Assembly: GCA_963721795.1 (NCBI GenBank)
Contig: CAVRLT010000014.1
Span: 23,972 to 87,971, forward strand
Source of the DNA: an uncultured Actinomycetes bacterium
Lineage (GTDB): Bacteria; Actinomycetota; Thermoleophilia; Gaiellales; Gaiellaceae
Direction: 5' to 3'
DNA: 64,000 nucleotides
Shown here: positions 8,987 to 19,197 of the stretch, one piece after another
How positions within the stretch are numbered: the first letter of the stretch is position 1
Layout: every line of letters begins with the position of its first letter
Program-made: the position numbers and the translations under genes
Notes under the pieces: generated by a model
What the model saw: the letters and a program-made list of their open reading frames with translations, nothing else
Databases searched by the model: none
Told to the model about the DNA's origin: nothing

Positions 8987-9050
8987 TCCCCGCTCCGCCG
9001 CCGGCCAAGCCGGCGGCTCCGCTCTTTGGAGCCTCCGTCGAGCCTACGGC

Positions 9051-10863
9051 TCACGAGTCCACCAACGCCGTGATCGCGTCCTCGAGCTCGGCCGCGCGGA
9101 ACGGGCGCCCGCGCACCTTGTTGTAGCCGGCGACGTCGACGAGGAACTGCGCGCGGAGAAGCATGCGCAGCTGCCCGAGGTTGATCTCCGGGACGAGCAC
9201 CTTCTCGTAGCTCCGCACCACCTCGCCGGTGTTCCGGGGGAACGGGTTCAGGTAGTGGAGGTGTGCGGTCGCGACCTTGCGACCGCTCGCCCGCACGCGC
9301 CGGGCAGCAGCGCCGATCGCTCCGTAGGTCGAGCCCCAGCCGAGGACGAGCGTGTCCGCGCCGTCCGGGTCGTCGACCTCGAGCTCCGGGATGTCCGCGG
9401 CGATCCCAGCCACCTTCGCTGCACGCAGCCGCACCATCAGGTCGTGGTTCTCGGGGTCGTAGGAGACGTTCCCGGTCTCGTCCTCCTTCTCGAGCCCGCC
9501 GATCCGGTGCTCGAGCCCCGGCGTGCCGGGGATCGCCCACGGCCGCGCGAGGGTCTCGGCATCGCGCTTGTACGGAAGGAAGGCGTCACCGTCGTTCGGC
9601 GAGGTCGCGAACTCCGTGGAGATGTCGTCGAGCGAGTCGACGTCGGGGATGAGCCATGGCTCCGAGCCGTTCGCGAGGTACGCGTCCGAGAGGAGGAAGA
9701 CGGGCGTCCGGTACTTGATCGCGATCCGCGCAGCCTCGATCGCCGCGTCGAAGCACCCGGCCGGGGTCGAGGCTGCCACCACCGGCACCGGCGACTCCGA
9801 GTTTCGCCCGAACAGGACCATCAGGAGGTCGGCCTGCTCGGGCTTGGTCGGCATCCCGGTCGAAGGCCCCGCACGCTGGATGTCGACGATGACGAGCGGC
9901 AGTTCGAGGGTCACTGCGAGCCCGACCGTCTCCGACTTGAGCACGATCCCAGGGCCGGCCGAGGTCGTCACGCCGAGCGACCCGCCGAAGGCGGCGCCGA
10001 GCGCTGCGCCGGAGGCGGCGATCTCGTCCTCGGCCTGGAACGTGCGCACGCCGAACTGCTTCAGGTGCGCGAGTTGCTCGAGGACGTCCGACGCCGGCGT
10101 GATCGGGTACGCGCCCGAGGAAGAGCGGGAGGCCGGAGAGCTTGCTCGCGGCGATCAGCCCGTAGGTGAGCGCCGTGTTCCCGGAGATCTGCCGGTAGGT
10201 GCCTGGCTCGAGCTTCGCCGGCGCGACCTCGTACGACACTGCGAAGTCCTCCGAGGTCTCGCCGTAGTTCCAGCCGGCTTTGAAGGCGCGCGCGTTCGCC
10301 TCGGCGATCTCGGGCCGCTTCGCGAACTTCGTGTCGATGAACCCGAGCGTCCCCTCGATCGGCCGGTTGTAGAGCCACGACATGAGCCCGAGCGCGAAGA
10401 AGTTCTTCGAGCGCTCGGCCTCGCGGGAAGTGATCCCTTCGACCTCCTTCAGCGACTCGATCGTCATCGACGAGAGCGGCACGTCGTGGACGTGGAAGTC
10501 GGAGAGCGACCCGTCCTCGAGCGGGCTCGTCGCGTAGCCCGCCTTCTGGAGGTTGCGGTCCGAGAAAGCGTCGGTGTTGACGATCACGGTGCCGCCCTTC
10601 GCCAGGTCGCCGAGGTTGACCTTGAGCGCGGCGGGGTTCATCGCGACGAGCACGTTCGGCTGGTCACCCGGCGTCAGGATGTCGTGATCGGCGAAGTGCA
10701 CCTGGAAGCCCGACACGCCGGGGAGCGACCCCGCAGGCGCGCGGATCTCGGCTGGGAAGTCGGGCAGGGTCGCGAGGTCGTTGCCGAAGATCGCGGTCTC
10801 GCTCGTGAAGCGGTCCCCGGTCAGCTGCATGCCGTCTCCGGAGTCGCCCGCGAAGCGGATCAC
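9051..10863 (-). pseudogene. korA: 2-oxoacid:ferredoxin oxidoreductase alpha subunit (KorA), frame disrupted near 10114
   Basis: The N-terminal part (VIRFAGDSGDGMQLTG...GNTALTYGLIAASKLSGLPLFLG) and the C-terminal part (AYPITPASDVLEQLAHLKQFGVRTFQAEDEIAA...) are joined by removing one base. Conserved residues continue upstream of GTG 10863 to an ATA codon at 10902. Confidence 0.87.
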
Positions 10864-10950
10864 GACCCGTTCCAGTTGCTCGACAGGCTTCGTCTTCGCT
10901 ATGCCACGAGGTATAGCTGACGCCGCAGACCCGCGGCGTCTCAGCGCTCG

Positions 10951-11433
10951 CTACTCGGCTTCGGCGAGCAGGGCGGGAAGATCGAGTGGCCGCGTGAACA
11001 TTGCGATCGTCTCGCCGTCGGCAGCGCGCGGCCATTCGTCTCTCGGCCGGTCGCGATAGAGCTCGACTCCGTTTCCATCCGGGTCGCGGAGGTACACGGC
11101 CTCGCTCACGCCGTGATCGGATGCGCCCTCGAGCGGGATGCCCGCGTCGGCCACGCGCTTCAGCGCCTCCGCCAGCGTCTGCCGGTCGGGAAAACGAACT
11201 GCGACGTGATAGAGGCCCGTCGTCCCGTGTGGAGGCGCAGAGCCGCCCTGCGACTCCCACGTGTTCAGACCGATGTGGTGGTGATAGCCGCCGGCCGAGA
11301 GAAACGCCGCTTGGTCGCCCATGCGCGCCTGCTCCTCGAACCCGAGCGTGTCACGCCAGAAGGCGAGCGCGCGATCGAGGTCGGCGACTTTCAGGTGGAC
11401 GTGGCCGATATCGACACGGGGATCGATGGTCAA
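10951..11433 (-). CDS. VOC-family (glyoxalase/extradiol-dioxygenase fold) protein
   Basis: Motifs: DIGHVHLKVADLDRALAFWRDTLGF, YHHHIGLNTW, LYHVAVRFPD, VSEAVYLRDPDGNGVELY. The likely TTG start at 11433 overlaps the stop of the upstream 1185-aa gene (TTGA). The ORF-track start at 11592 lies inside that gene. Confidence 0.8.
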   Translation of the reverse strand: MTIDPRVDIGHVHLKVADLDRALAFWRDTLGFEEQARMGDQAAFLSAGGYHHHIGLNTWESQGGSAPPHGTTGLYHVAVRFPDRQTLAEALKRVADAGIPLEGASDHGVSEAVYLRDPDGNGVELYRDRPRDEWPRAADGETIAMFTRPLDLPALLAEAE

Positions 11434-14400
11434 TCGAGAACCTCCTCGGGAACGATGGTTTGTAGCCCGTCCAGGCGTTCGAGCCACGGCCTCGCCTGCA
11501 GGCGCTCGAAGATCTCGCGGGCCTCGCCGGCAGGCACGGTCGCCTCCTCGGCCCTCCCTTCCGAGGCCAGCCACTCCGCGTGCTCCAAGCACACGACGGC
11601 GAGCTCGAACGGCCTCTCGATCTCCCGCAGCACTTCGGCCGCCGCGTCGAACCCGGCGGACGCCGTCGCCGAGTCGCCACGAGCGAGGGCCCGGTGGGCA
11701 CCGAATCGGGCACCGAGGGCGCGCACCAAAGGTGTCACGTGCCCGGGCGGCGTCGACTCGATCCGCGAGAGAAGCTCGTCGATCATTGCAGCGTCGCCGA
11801 ACGCAGCAGCAGCTTCGAGCCCGGCCTCGAGCCCTGCCCAGGTCGTCCAGAGTCCGATTCCGAGAGAGCTCGCGAGCACCTCCTGTGCGGCGGTGACTGC
11901 CTCTGCGGGGCGTTTCTCCGCGATGAGGAGGAACGTCTCAATGAAACAGTGGACCGCCCGCTCCTGAATGTCGCTCTTGCCGACAAACTCGGCATGCGCC
12001 TCCCACCGCCGACGGGCCTCGTCGAGCTCACCGCGTCGGAGAAAGACGAAGAATGTCTGCAAGCCGAGGTACGCGCGAGCAAGCGGCGAATCGTCTGCGT
12101 GCTCCCGCGCGAGCTCGTCGGCCAGGTCGAGAGCGTCTTCCCACTCGCCGCGGAGGACGAGGATCCTGACTATCGACATATCCGACTGCAACGCACGATC
12201 GCCGACCCGGTGGGCGAGCTGGGACATCGCGCGGAAGAGCTCCAACGCCTCCCGCGACCGGTGGGATGCCTCGGCTTGACCCGCAAGATTGTTGTACGCG
12301 CGGAGCGCGGCCTCGGAGAGGTCATTCGCGAGAGCGATGTCGAGCGCGTACCGGACGAGGAGCTCCGCCTCCTCACTACGCCCCATCCCGGTGAGGAGAA
12401 GGGCCTTCGTGTTGAGCGCCTGGGAGAGGACCTCCGCGAGCTCGAGCGCTTCCGCAATCTCGAGCGCGAGCTCATTCCGCACCATCGCCTCGTCCGGGCG
12501 TCCGCTGAAGAAGAGGACGCGCGCGAGCTGCGCCGCGAGCATCGCGAGCTCGAAGCTCCACTCCTCACTCGCCAACACCCCGAACGCCCGCTCCATGTCG
12601 ACCACGGCTCGCTCGATGTCGGCCTCTTGGATCCAGGTCAGCACACCGAGCCTCGCGGCGATGCGCGCGGCCGCAAGAGGCCGGCCGACGGACTCGCTGA
12701 GCGCGATCGCCCGCTCGAAGTGGACGCGTGCCTCGGACGTGCGCTGGCCGAGCATCGCCATGCGGCCTGCTTGCTCGTGGAGCTCCGCTCGCATCGCTGC
12801 ATCGTCGGCGAGCTCGAGCGCCTGCTCGAAGTAGCGCTGCGCGCTCTCGCTCGCGGCGAGTGAAGACGCTCTCTCGCCCGCCTCCACGAGCATCGCTCGG
12901 GCCCGCGTTATGACGTCACCGGCGTCGGCCGCGTTCGGATCGAGCTCGAGCGCAGATAGGTAGTGCGAAGCGACGATCTCGACGACGTCCTGCTCACCGT
13001 CGCGCCACTGTTGCTCGAGGTACGTCGCCGCGTCGAGGTGCCGGCTCTTCCGCTCCTTGCGGGACATCGTCTCGTAGGCCACCTGTCTCAGCAAGTCCTG
13101 CAGGAATGCGTACTGGCCACGCTCGGGCGAGCGCGGGTCTGCCTCGAGCGACAGAATCTCCTTGCGAACGAGCGACGCGAGCAGCGAGTCGAGCTCCGAC
13201 GCGCTCACCTCCGCGACTGCGGCAAGCGCTGTCGCCGTGAAGGTCTTCCCCACGACGGACGCATCTCGGGTCACGCTGCGCTCCGCGGGCGTCAGGCCGT
13301 CGAGCCGAGACGCAATGAGTGCGTGCAGGGTCTCCGGGACCTCGAGCGAGCCCACGGGCCCCGTGAGCCGGTACTCGCTCCCGTGCTGCTCGAGCAGACC
13401 GCGGTCGAGCAGCATGCGCACCGTCTCGACGGCGTATAGGGGAACGCCCTCGGCGGAGTCGAGGATCCGACTGCGCAGCTCGTCCGGGAGCCCGGGGACG
13501 AAGCCTTGGAGCAACTCCTCCATCTGGGCGCCGGAGAGAGGATCGAGCGCGAGCGTCGTCGAGTTCCGTCGTGCGGCCGCCCACTGCGGATGCCGATCCG
13601 CGAGCTCCGGTCGCGCGAGCGCGAGCACGAAGATCGCGTGGTTGCGGGACCACTCGAGGAGGTGACCCATGAAGTCGAGCAACGGAGCATCCGCCCACTG
13701 CATGTCCTCGAAGACGAGGACGACAGGCGCGTGCTCCGCCACTCGCTCGAAGAAGAGCCGCCAGGCGGCAAAGAGATCGGGCAGCTCACCCGGCCCTTGT
13801 GACCCGTCTAGTGCGAGCAGATGCGCAAGGCGCGGCTCGATCCACGCTCTCTCGTCGGCGTCGTCGGCGTGCAGAGCGAGCGAGGACTGCAGCTTGGCGC
13901 GAGCGGACGCCGGCTCTTCTCCCTCCGCGATCCCAATTCGCGTGCGAATCATCTCGGCGAGCGCCCAGAAGGTCACACCGTCCCCATACGCGAGGCAGCG
14001 CCCCTGATGCCAGCGAACGGGCCGCGCCAGACCGTCCGCGTACTTGTAGAGCTCCCAGACCAGCCGCGACTTGCCGATTCCGGCAATTCCGACGACCGTG
14101 ACGAGGTGCGCCTTGGCCTCGTCGGCGCTGGCGTGGAAGAGCTCCTTGACGAGGCGCAGCTCGCGGTCGCGGCCGACGAAGGGCGGCTCGACTCCCTGCC
14201 ACTTCAAGCTCCCCGCGCGGCCTGCGGTGACACGGAGCGCACGCCACAACTGCACCCGCTCATCACGGCCCCTCAGCTCGTGAAGCCCGGCATCGGAGTA
14301 TGCGATGGCGGCTTCGGACGCTCGACGAGTCGTCTCCCCGACGACGACCGTCCCCGGCGCCGCGATTCCCTGAACGCGGGACGCGGCATTCACGAGGTCT

Positions 14401-14987
14401 CCCGCGACCATTCCTTGCCCTTCGGCGCCGATCGTGACGGCCGCTTGGCCCGTGAGGACGGCGGCGCGTGCCGTCAACTCCCCCTGCTCGAGCTCGCCTC
14501 GGAGAGTCGGCACCGCCGCCACGAGCTCCAGGGCAGCGCGCACTGCCCGCTCTGCGTCGTCTTCGCGTGCGGCCGGCGTACCCCAGACCGCCATGACGGC
14601 ATCTCCGATGAACTTCTCGACAGTTCCGCCGTAGCGCTCGATGATCGTGCGCGCGGTCTCGAAGTAACGCGAGAGAAGGTCCCGCACATCCTCCGCGTCG
14701 CGCCCGTCGGAGAACGACGTGTAGCCGACGAGATCGGCGAAGAGGACGGAGACGACTCGACGCTCGACGCTGGCATCGACCGCGTGTGCCTGCCGGACCG
14801 GCGCGGCGACGCCGTCGAGCCGGTTGCCGCACTCCCCGCAAAAGAGCTCGTCCGGCTCGTTCGCAGCCCCGCAGGCCGCGCAAGAGAAGATAAGCGGTGT
14901 CCCACAGGCAGCACAGAACTTCCGCCCGGCGCGATTCGCCTGGCCGCATGACGAGCACTTCGTGCCCTCTGCGGCAACCTCGGTCAT
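11430..14987 (-). CDS. Multidomain signalling protein: double zinc ribbon + class III adenylate/guanylate cyclase + STAND/AAA ATPase + TPR repeats
   Basis: This is an intact 1185-aa ORF. It has 2x(CxxC-x10-CxxC) at the N-terminus, a cyclase core (VSVLFADLVGYTSF...KFIGDAVMAVWG), a Walker A motif (GIAGIGKSRL) and a long C-terminal helical-repeat region. Confidence 0.88.
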   Translation of the reverse strand: MTEVAAEGTKCSSCGQANRAGRKFCAACGTPLIFSCAACGAANEPDELFCGECGNRLDGVAAPVRQAHAVDASVERRVVSVLFADLVGYTSFSDGRDAEDVRDLLSRYFETARTIIERYGGTVEKFIGDAVMAVWGTPAAREDDAERAVRAALELVAAVPTLRGELEQGELTARAAVLTGQAAVTIGAEGQGMVAGDLVNAASRVQGIAAPGTVVVGETTRRASEAAIAYSDAGLHELRGRDERVQLWRALRVTAGRAGSLKWQGVEPPFVGRDRELRLVKELFHASADEAKAHLVTVVGIAGIGKSRLVWELYKYADGLARPVRWHQGRCLAYGDGVTFWALAEMIRTRIGIAEGEEPASARAKLQSSLALHADDADERAWIEPRLAHLLALDGSQGPGELPDLFAAWRLFFERVAEHAPVVLVFEDMQWADAPLLDFMGHLLEWSRNHAIFVLALARPELADRHPQWAAARRNSTTLALDPLSGAQMEELLQGFVPGLPDELRSRILDSAEGVPLYAVETVRMLLDRGLLEQHGSEYRLTGPVGSLEVPETLHALIASRLDGLTPAERSVTRDASVVGKTFTATALAAVAEVSASELDSLLASLVRKEILSLEADPRSPERGQYAFLQDLLRQVAYETMSRKERKSRHLDAATYLEQQWRDGEQDVVEIVASHYLSALELDPNAADAGDVITRARAMLVEAGERASSLAASESAQRYFEQALELADDAAMRAELHEQAGRMAMLGQRTSEARVHFERAIALSESVGRPLAAARIAARLGVLTWIQEADIERAVVDMERAFGVLASEEWSFELAMLAAQLARVLFFSGRPDEAMVRNELALEIAEALELAEVLSQALNTKALLLTGMGRSEEAELLVRYALDIALANDLSEAALRAYNNLAGQAEASHRSREALELFRAMSQLAHRVGDRALQSDMSIVRILVLRGEWEDALDLADELAREHADDSPLARAYLGLQTFFVFLRRGELDEARRRWEAHAEFVGKSDIQERAVHCFIETFLLIAEKRPAEAVTAAQEVLASSLGIGLWTTWAGLEAGLEAAAAFGDAAMIDELLSRIESTPPGHVTPLVRALGARFGAHRALARGDSATASAGFDAAAEVLREIERPFELAVVCLEHAEWLASEGRAEEATVPAGEAREIFERLQARPWLERLDGLQTIVPEEVLD

Positions 14988-15055
14988 GGCGAGAGGATAG
15001 GCCCTTCCAAGACCGGATCACGCGGCTCTGCGCCGTTCGTAGGCATTCTGCGCTC

Positions 15056-16342
15056 GTGGCCCGATTCGCACTCGTCGCCATCCTGGTCGTCCTCGTCTCG
15101 GCGACGGCCGGCAGCAGCAATGCAGCCGACGAGAGCATCCGGGCATCGCAGCTGACCCGGCCCCAGATCGTCGCGCAGCTTCCACGTGCGGTCTCGGTCG
15201 CGCGCATGCGAGCGGATCTGCTCGCCCTCCAACGGATCGCCGACCGCTCCGGAGGTACGCGCGCTGCCGCCACGGCGGGCTATCGCGAGTCCGTCCGTTA
15301 CGTCCGTACGCAACTGAGCCGTGCCGGCTACAACGCGCGAGTCTCGAGCTTTCCCTTCGTGGAGTACCGGGAGACCGTCGAGCGCGGAACGCAGATCGCA
15401 CCCACCAGGCGCGCCCTCCCGATCGAGGCGCTCGAGTACTCGCCCTCGACTCCGCCGGGTGGGGTTCGCGCACGGCTGGTGCCGAGCGGTGACGGCTGCG
15501 AGGCGAACGACTTCGACGGGGTCGGAGGTGCGATCGCGCTGATCCGCCGAGGTACGTGCTTCTTCGCGGTGAAAGCGCGAAACGCAGCTGCGGCAGGCGC
15601 GACCGCGGCGCTCATCTTCAACACGGAGCAAGGGCCCTTCGACGGAACGCTCGGCGATCCGCAGGCGGCGACGATTCCGGTCGCGGCCATCGCCGGCGCT
15701 CTCGGAGGCGAGCTTGCCGAGTCGCCGAACACGATCGTCGAGCTGGAGCTCGTCGCCCGCAGCGTCCGCTCGTCGTCGCAGAACGTCGTTGCCGACGTGC
15801 GACCCGGAGCTCGTCGGGTCCTCGTCGTCGGCGCCCATCTGGACTCGGTACTCGCGGGGCCCGGCATCAACGACAACGCGACGGGCGCGACGGCCGTGCT
15901 CGAGATGGCGCGCGTCGTCCGCGCCCGCTTCCCCGGCCTCGCCGTCCGCTTCGCCTTCTGGGGAGCGGAGGAAGCAGGGCTCTTCGGGTCGCGTGCGTAC
16001 GTGAGCAGGGCAGCCCGAGACCAGATCGTCGGGTACCTCAACTTCGACGTCCTCGGTTCGCGGTCCGGCGGGTACGGCATCTACCAGGGCCCGTTCGCCG
16101 CGCGCTGGCTCGGGTACTTCGAGCGCCGCGGTCTCGACGCTCGGGTGATCGACATCGAAGGACGCTCGGATCACGCGCCCTTCGCGCAGGCGGGAGTCCC
16201 GATCGGTGGGCTCTTCGCCGGGGACTACGCGTGCTACCACCGCCCGTGCGACCGGGTCTCGGCCGTCGACTTCGCCGTGCTCGAGACTCTCACCCGCGCT
16301 GCGGCCTGGGCGGTTGCGTCGTTTGCGCCGCTGAAGAGCTAG
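15056..16342 (+). CDS. M28-family aminopeptidase with PA domain, secreted
   Basis: Motifs: VVGAHLDSVLAGPGINDNATG, FAFWGAEEAGLFGS, GRSDHAPF. A PA-domain insert is present (ALIRRGTCFFAVKARNAAAAGA). The signal peptide is ARFALVAILVVLVSATAGSSNA. The start is uncertain: GTG 15056 is chosen, and the frame is open from 14897. Confidence 0.82.
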   Translation: MARFALVAILVVLVSATAGSSNAADESIRASQLTRPQIVAQLPRAVSVARMRADLLALQRIADRSGGTRAAATAGYRESVRYVRTQLSRAGYNARVSSFPFVEYRETVERGTQIAPTRRALPIEALEYSPSTPPGGVRARLVPSGDGCEANDFDGVGGAIALIRRGTCFFAVKARNAAAAGATAALIFNTEQGPFDGTLGDPQAATIPVAAIAGALGGELAESPNTIVELELVARSVRSSSQNVVADVRPGARRVLVVGAHLDSVLAGPGINDNATGATAVLEMARVVRARFPGLAVRFAFWGAEEAGLFGSRAYVSRAARDQIVGYLNFDVLGSRSGGYGIYQGPFAARWLGYFERRGLDARVIDIEGRSDHAPFAQAGVPIGGLFAGDYACYHRPCDRVSAVDFAVLETLTRAAAWAVASFAPLKS

Positions 16343-17720
16343 GAGGGGTTGCGCGGCCGGCTCGGCCTCCGGCGGTTCGTCCACCGGCTCGTCGCGTCGC
16401 TGCCCGAGCGCGGCTCCGGCGGCTGCCCAGACGGTGACGGCGAGCCAGTGCACGCCGATCACGTCGGTCTGCAAGGCGAGCAGGAGCACGGCCGAGAACG
16501 CCGCGGCGAGCCACGCCTCTCGCCGCCACAACGCGACCAGGAGCGCGATGCTCCAGAGCACGAACGCCGCCATCCCGGCGATACCGGCGTCTACGCCCAG
16601 CTCCGTATACGTCGACTCCCCCGCCTTGATCTCGACACCCGTGCGCTTGGCCACGACTCCCGCGTTGCCGAGGCCGTATCCCTGAGGATGCTCGAGCACC
16701 GTCTCGATGCCGTCTCGGAGATTGCGCAGGTGGCTCCGGGTCGAGGACTCGTCCGCGGCGAACGGGATCGGAGCTCTCCCCCGGCTCTCGCTCCGCATTC
16801 GCCCGAAGGAACTCGAGCTCCGCCTCGGTGTAGCTCGTCGACGGCCCGATGGACGGGTACGCGACCAGGAAGAGCGCCCCGACCGCGATCGAGACGGCCG
16901 CGAGCACGACCGGGGCGAACCGTCGCTGCGCCAGCGCGAGGACGAGCAGCCCGACGACGAGCGCTGCGAAGGCGGCGCGTGTGTGGGTGTAGAGGAGGCC
17001 CGCGTAGAGGACGACGGCGAGGAGCCCCCACCACACGCGGAACTCGCGGCTGGCGACGAAGATCAGCGCGACGACGAGCGCGTACGCGCTCGCGAGCGGA
17101 GAGAGGAAGGTCGAGACGAGGCGCCGGATCGGGTTCTGCTCGTCGCCCGTGTTGTAGACCCAGTTCTCGGGGAGGCCCGACAGGCCCTCGTACGCGAGGT
17201 CGAGCTGCTCGCGGTACCAGCCCGGCACCCCGGAGTCCCGCCAGGCCTGGAGGTTGATGAAGGCAAGGTCGAACAGGCCGATCACCGCGATGCCGGCAGC
17301 GGTCAGCGCGATCGTCCCGGCCAGCCAGCTCCGCTCCCTCCACCACGCCGACAGGAGCCGTCCCAACGCGTATGCCGCTACCGGCAGGAGGTGGTGACGC
17401 AGCGCGAGCAGCTCACCTCGTGTGGTGGCCTCCCCTCCCAGCGCGTCCTGCGGGATCACCGCATAGATGACGATGACGATCGCGTACGCGGCCGCCAGGA
17501 CGTCGACCTTCTGCAGGCTCGGCCGTCCGCGCACGCCCCAGGCAGCGAGGGCGAGGCCGAGGAGCAGGAGCCCTTCCTTCCACGCGGCGACGACGTCGAG
17601 CGTTCGTCCACGCACGCCGAGCTCCCAGAGCTGGGCCATCGCCGCGTTGTGGACGGCGAGGCCGGCGATGAGCGCGACGAGCGCGAACGCGCCGAGCCGC
17701 CGCGCGGTCGAGTCAGTCAA
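16290..17720 (-). pseudogene. O-antigen-ligase/polymerase-like (Wzy_C family) integral membrane protein, frame disrupted near 16780
   Basis: The multi-TM N-terminal part starts at TTG 17720. The continuation (PFAADESSTRSHLRNLRDGIETVLEHPQGYGLGNAGVVAKRTG...) is in a second frame after a C5 run. The 3' end is uncertain, with possible stops at 16290 or 16339 depending on frame. Confidence 0.6.
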
Positions 17721-18322
17721 CGATCGCCACCAGCGTCAGGCCGAGGTTCACGATCCGGACGCGCCCGGGGAAGAGCGACTCGAGACTCCGCTTCGACAGC
17801 AGGTGAATGTCCGTCGCGAATGCCTTCCCCGCGCGCCTGTACACGGAGTGCGCAGGCCCGTCGGAAGCCAGTGCACGACGGGCAGTCGCGTGTGCACCTC
17901 GATCGGGAACCTGCGGTTCGGGGTCGTCAGGAACACGCGCCTCCCACGCGCAGCGCCTCCGATACGAAGAGTCGCTGCCGCGCCCGATCGCCCACGTGCT
18001 CGATCACCGCATTCGAGAAGACGATGTCGAACGCACCGTCGGCGAAGGGGAGGGCACATGCATCTCCCTGTACATACGAGATGTGTGGATATCGCGAGCG
18101 GAACCCGGCGCCGTCCTGGAGCCCGAGGGCCGTAATGCGTCCGGGCCACGGGTACAGCTCCTCCAGGAAGTTGAGCGTCCCGCAGCCGTCACCCTCGCCG
18201 AATCCGAGCTCGTCGGCGCCGACATCGAGGACGCTCGTCTCCGCGGTCGGTTGGAGCTCGTCGAGGAGGAGCCGGAGCTTGCGCTTGCGGGAGCGGAGCG
18301 AGATCGCATCGGCGAGGCGCAT
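17713..18322 (-). pseudogene. Class I SAM-dependent methyltransferase, two frame disruptions (about 17938 and 17862)
   Basis: The protein is assembled from three frames: VLDVGADELGFG...FDIVFSNAVIEHV, then RVFLTTPNRRFPIEVHTRLPVVHWLP, then DGPAHSVYRRAGKAFATDIHLLSKRSLESLFPGRVRIVNLGLTLVAIVD. Its stop overlaps the TTG start of the downstream membrane protein. Confidence 0.68.
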
Positions 18323-18364
18323 CGGCTGAAGTATCCGTTCCGGCCTGGCGAGTAGGCTGGCGAT

Positions 18365-19197
18365 GTGGTCGAGGCCGTGCTCCGAGCGAAGGGCCTCTAC
18401 TCACTGAAGCTGACCGCCAGGACCTCGAGCTGGAAGGCAGAGCTCCCCGGAGGACGCTGGGCCGCGGCCCGTCAGCTTCGAGACGGCAGCGTTCTCGTCC
18501 GCGCGTCGTGCGAGGAGTCGGTCGCGCAAGCGCGGTTCCTGCTCGCGCTCGACGACGACACGAGCGAGTTCCACCGCCGTTTTGCGCGCGACCCGCTCCT
18601 CGGCCCCTCCGTCCGGAACCTGCGGGGGCTTCGCCCGACCCGCACGCCGACCGTCGCACACGCCGCGCTGCGCGCCGTCTGCGGACAGCTCATCCAGTCG
18701 CGCCGCGCGCGCGAGATCGAACGAACCGTGATCCGGGCATGCGGAGAGAGCCCGCCGACACGGGAGGCGCTCGCGAGTCTCTCGCCCGCCAGGCTCACCG
18801 GCTGCGGGCTCGCCGGGAGCCGCGCGCTGACGCTCACGCGGCTCATGCGCGGAGTCGACCTCGAGTCGCTTGAAGACGACGCTCGCTTCGACTGCGCTCG
18901 CGAGGCTCGGCCGTGAGCGCGGAATCGGCCCGTGGAGCGTCGGCGTCATCGCGCTCCAGGGGCTCGGCCGCTACGACGCCGGTCTCGTCTCGGACCTGAG
19001 CCTCGTGAAGCTCTTCGCATCGCTCCGCGGGCGCTGGCCCGAGCGGCCCGACGAGACGGCGGAGCTCCTCGCCCCGTACGGCGAGTGGCAAGGGCTCGCG
19101 AGCGTCTTCCTGCTCGCCGGCTTCTCTCGCGGGCTCGTACCCGGACGCGAGCGCCGATCGCGCGCGGCTCGTCCGGACCACCCGCTTCGCCGCGTGA
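18365..19197 (+). pseudogene. HhH-GPD DNA glycosylase (AlkA/3-methyladenine glycosylase II-like), frame disrupted near 18885; 3' end uncertain
   Basis: The N-terminal part is in the 18365 frame. The HhH-GPD core (LGRERGIGPWSVGVIALQGLGRYDAGLVSDLSL...YGEWQGLASVFLL) is in the 18870 frame. That frame has no stop before the methyltransferase. A TGA at 19195-19197 in the third frame overlaps GTG 19194 (GTGA). Confidence 0.6.

Noticed and set aside
14984-16289. Long extension of the minus-strand ORF 14984..16798 through the M28 peptidase gene
   Set aside because: The extension is antisense to a well-supported peptidase gene and has an Arg/Asp/Glu-rich nonsense composition. Only the segment 16300-16798 matches the O-antigen-ligase-like protein.
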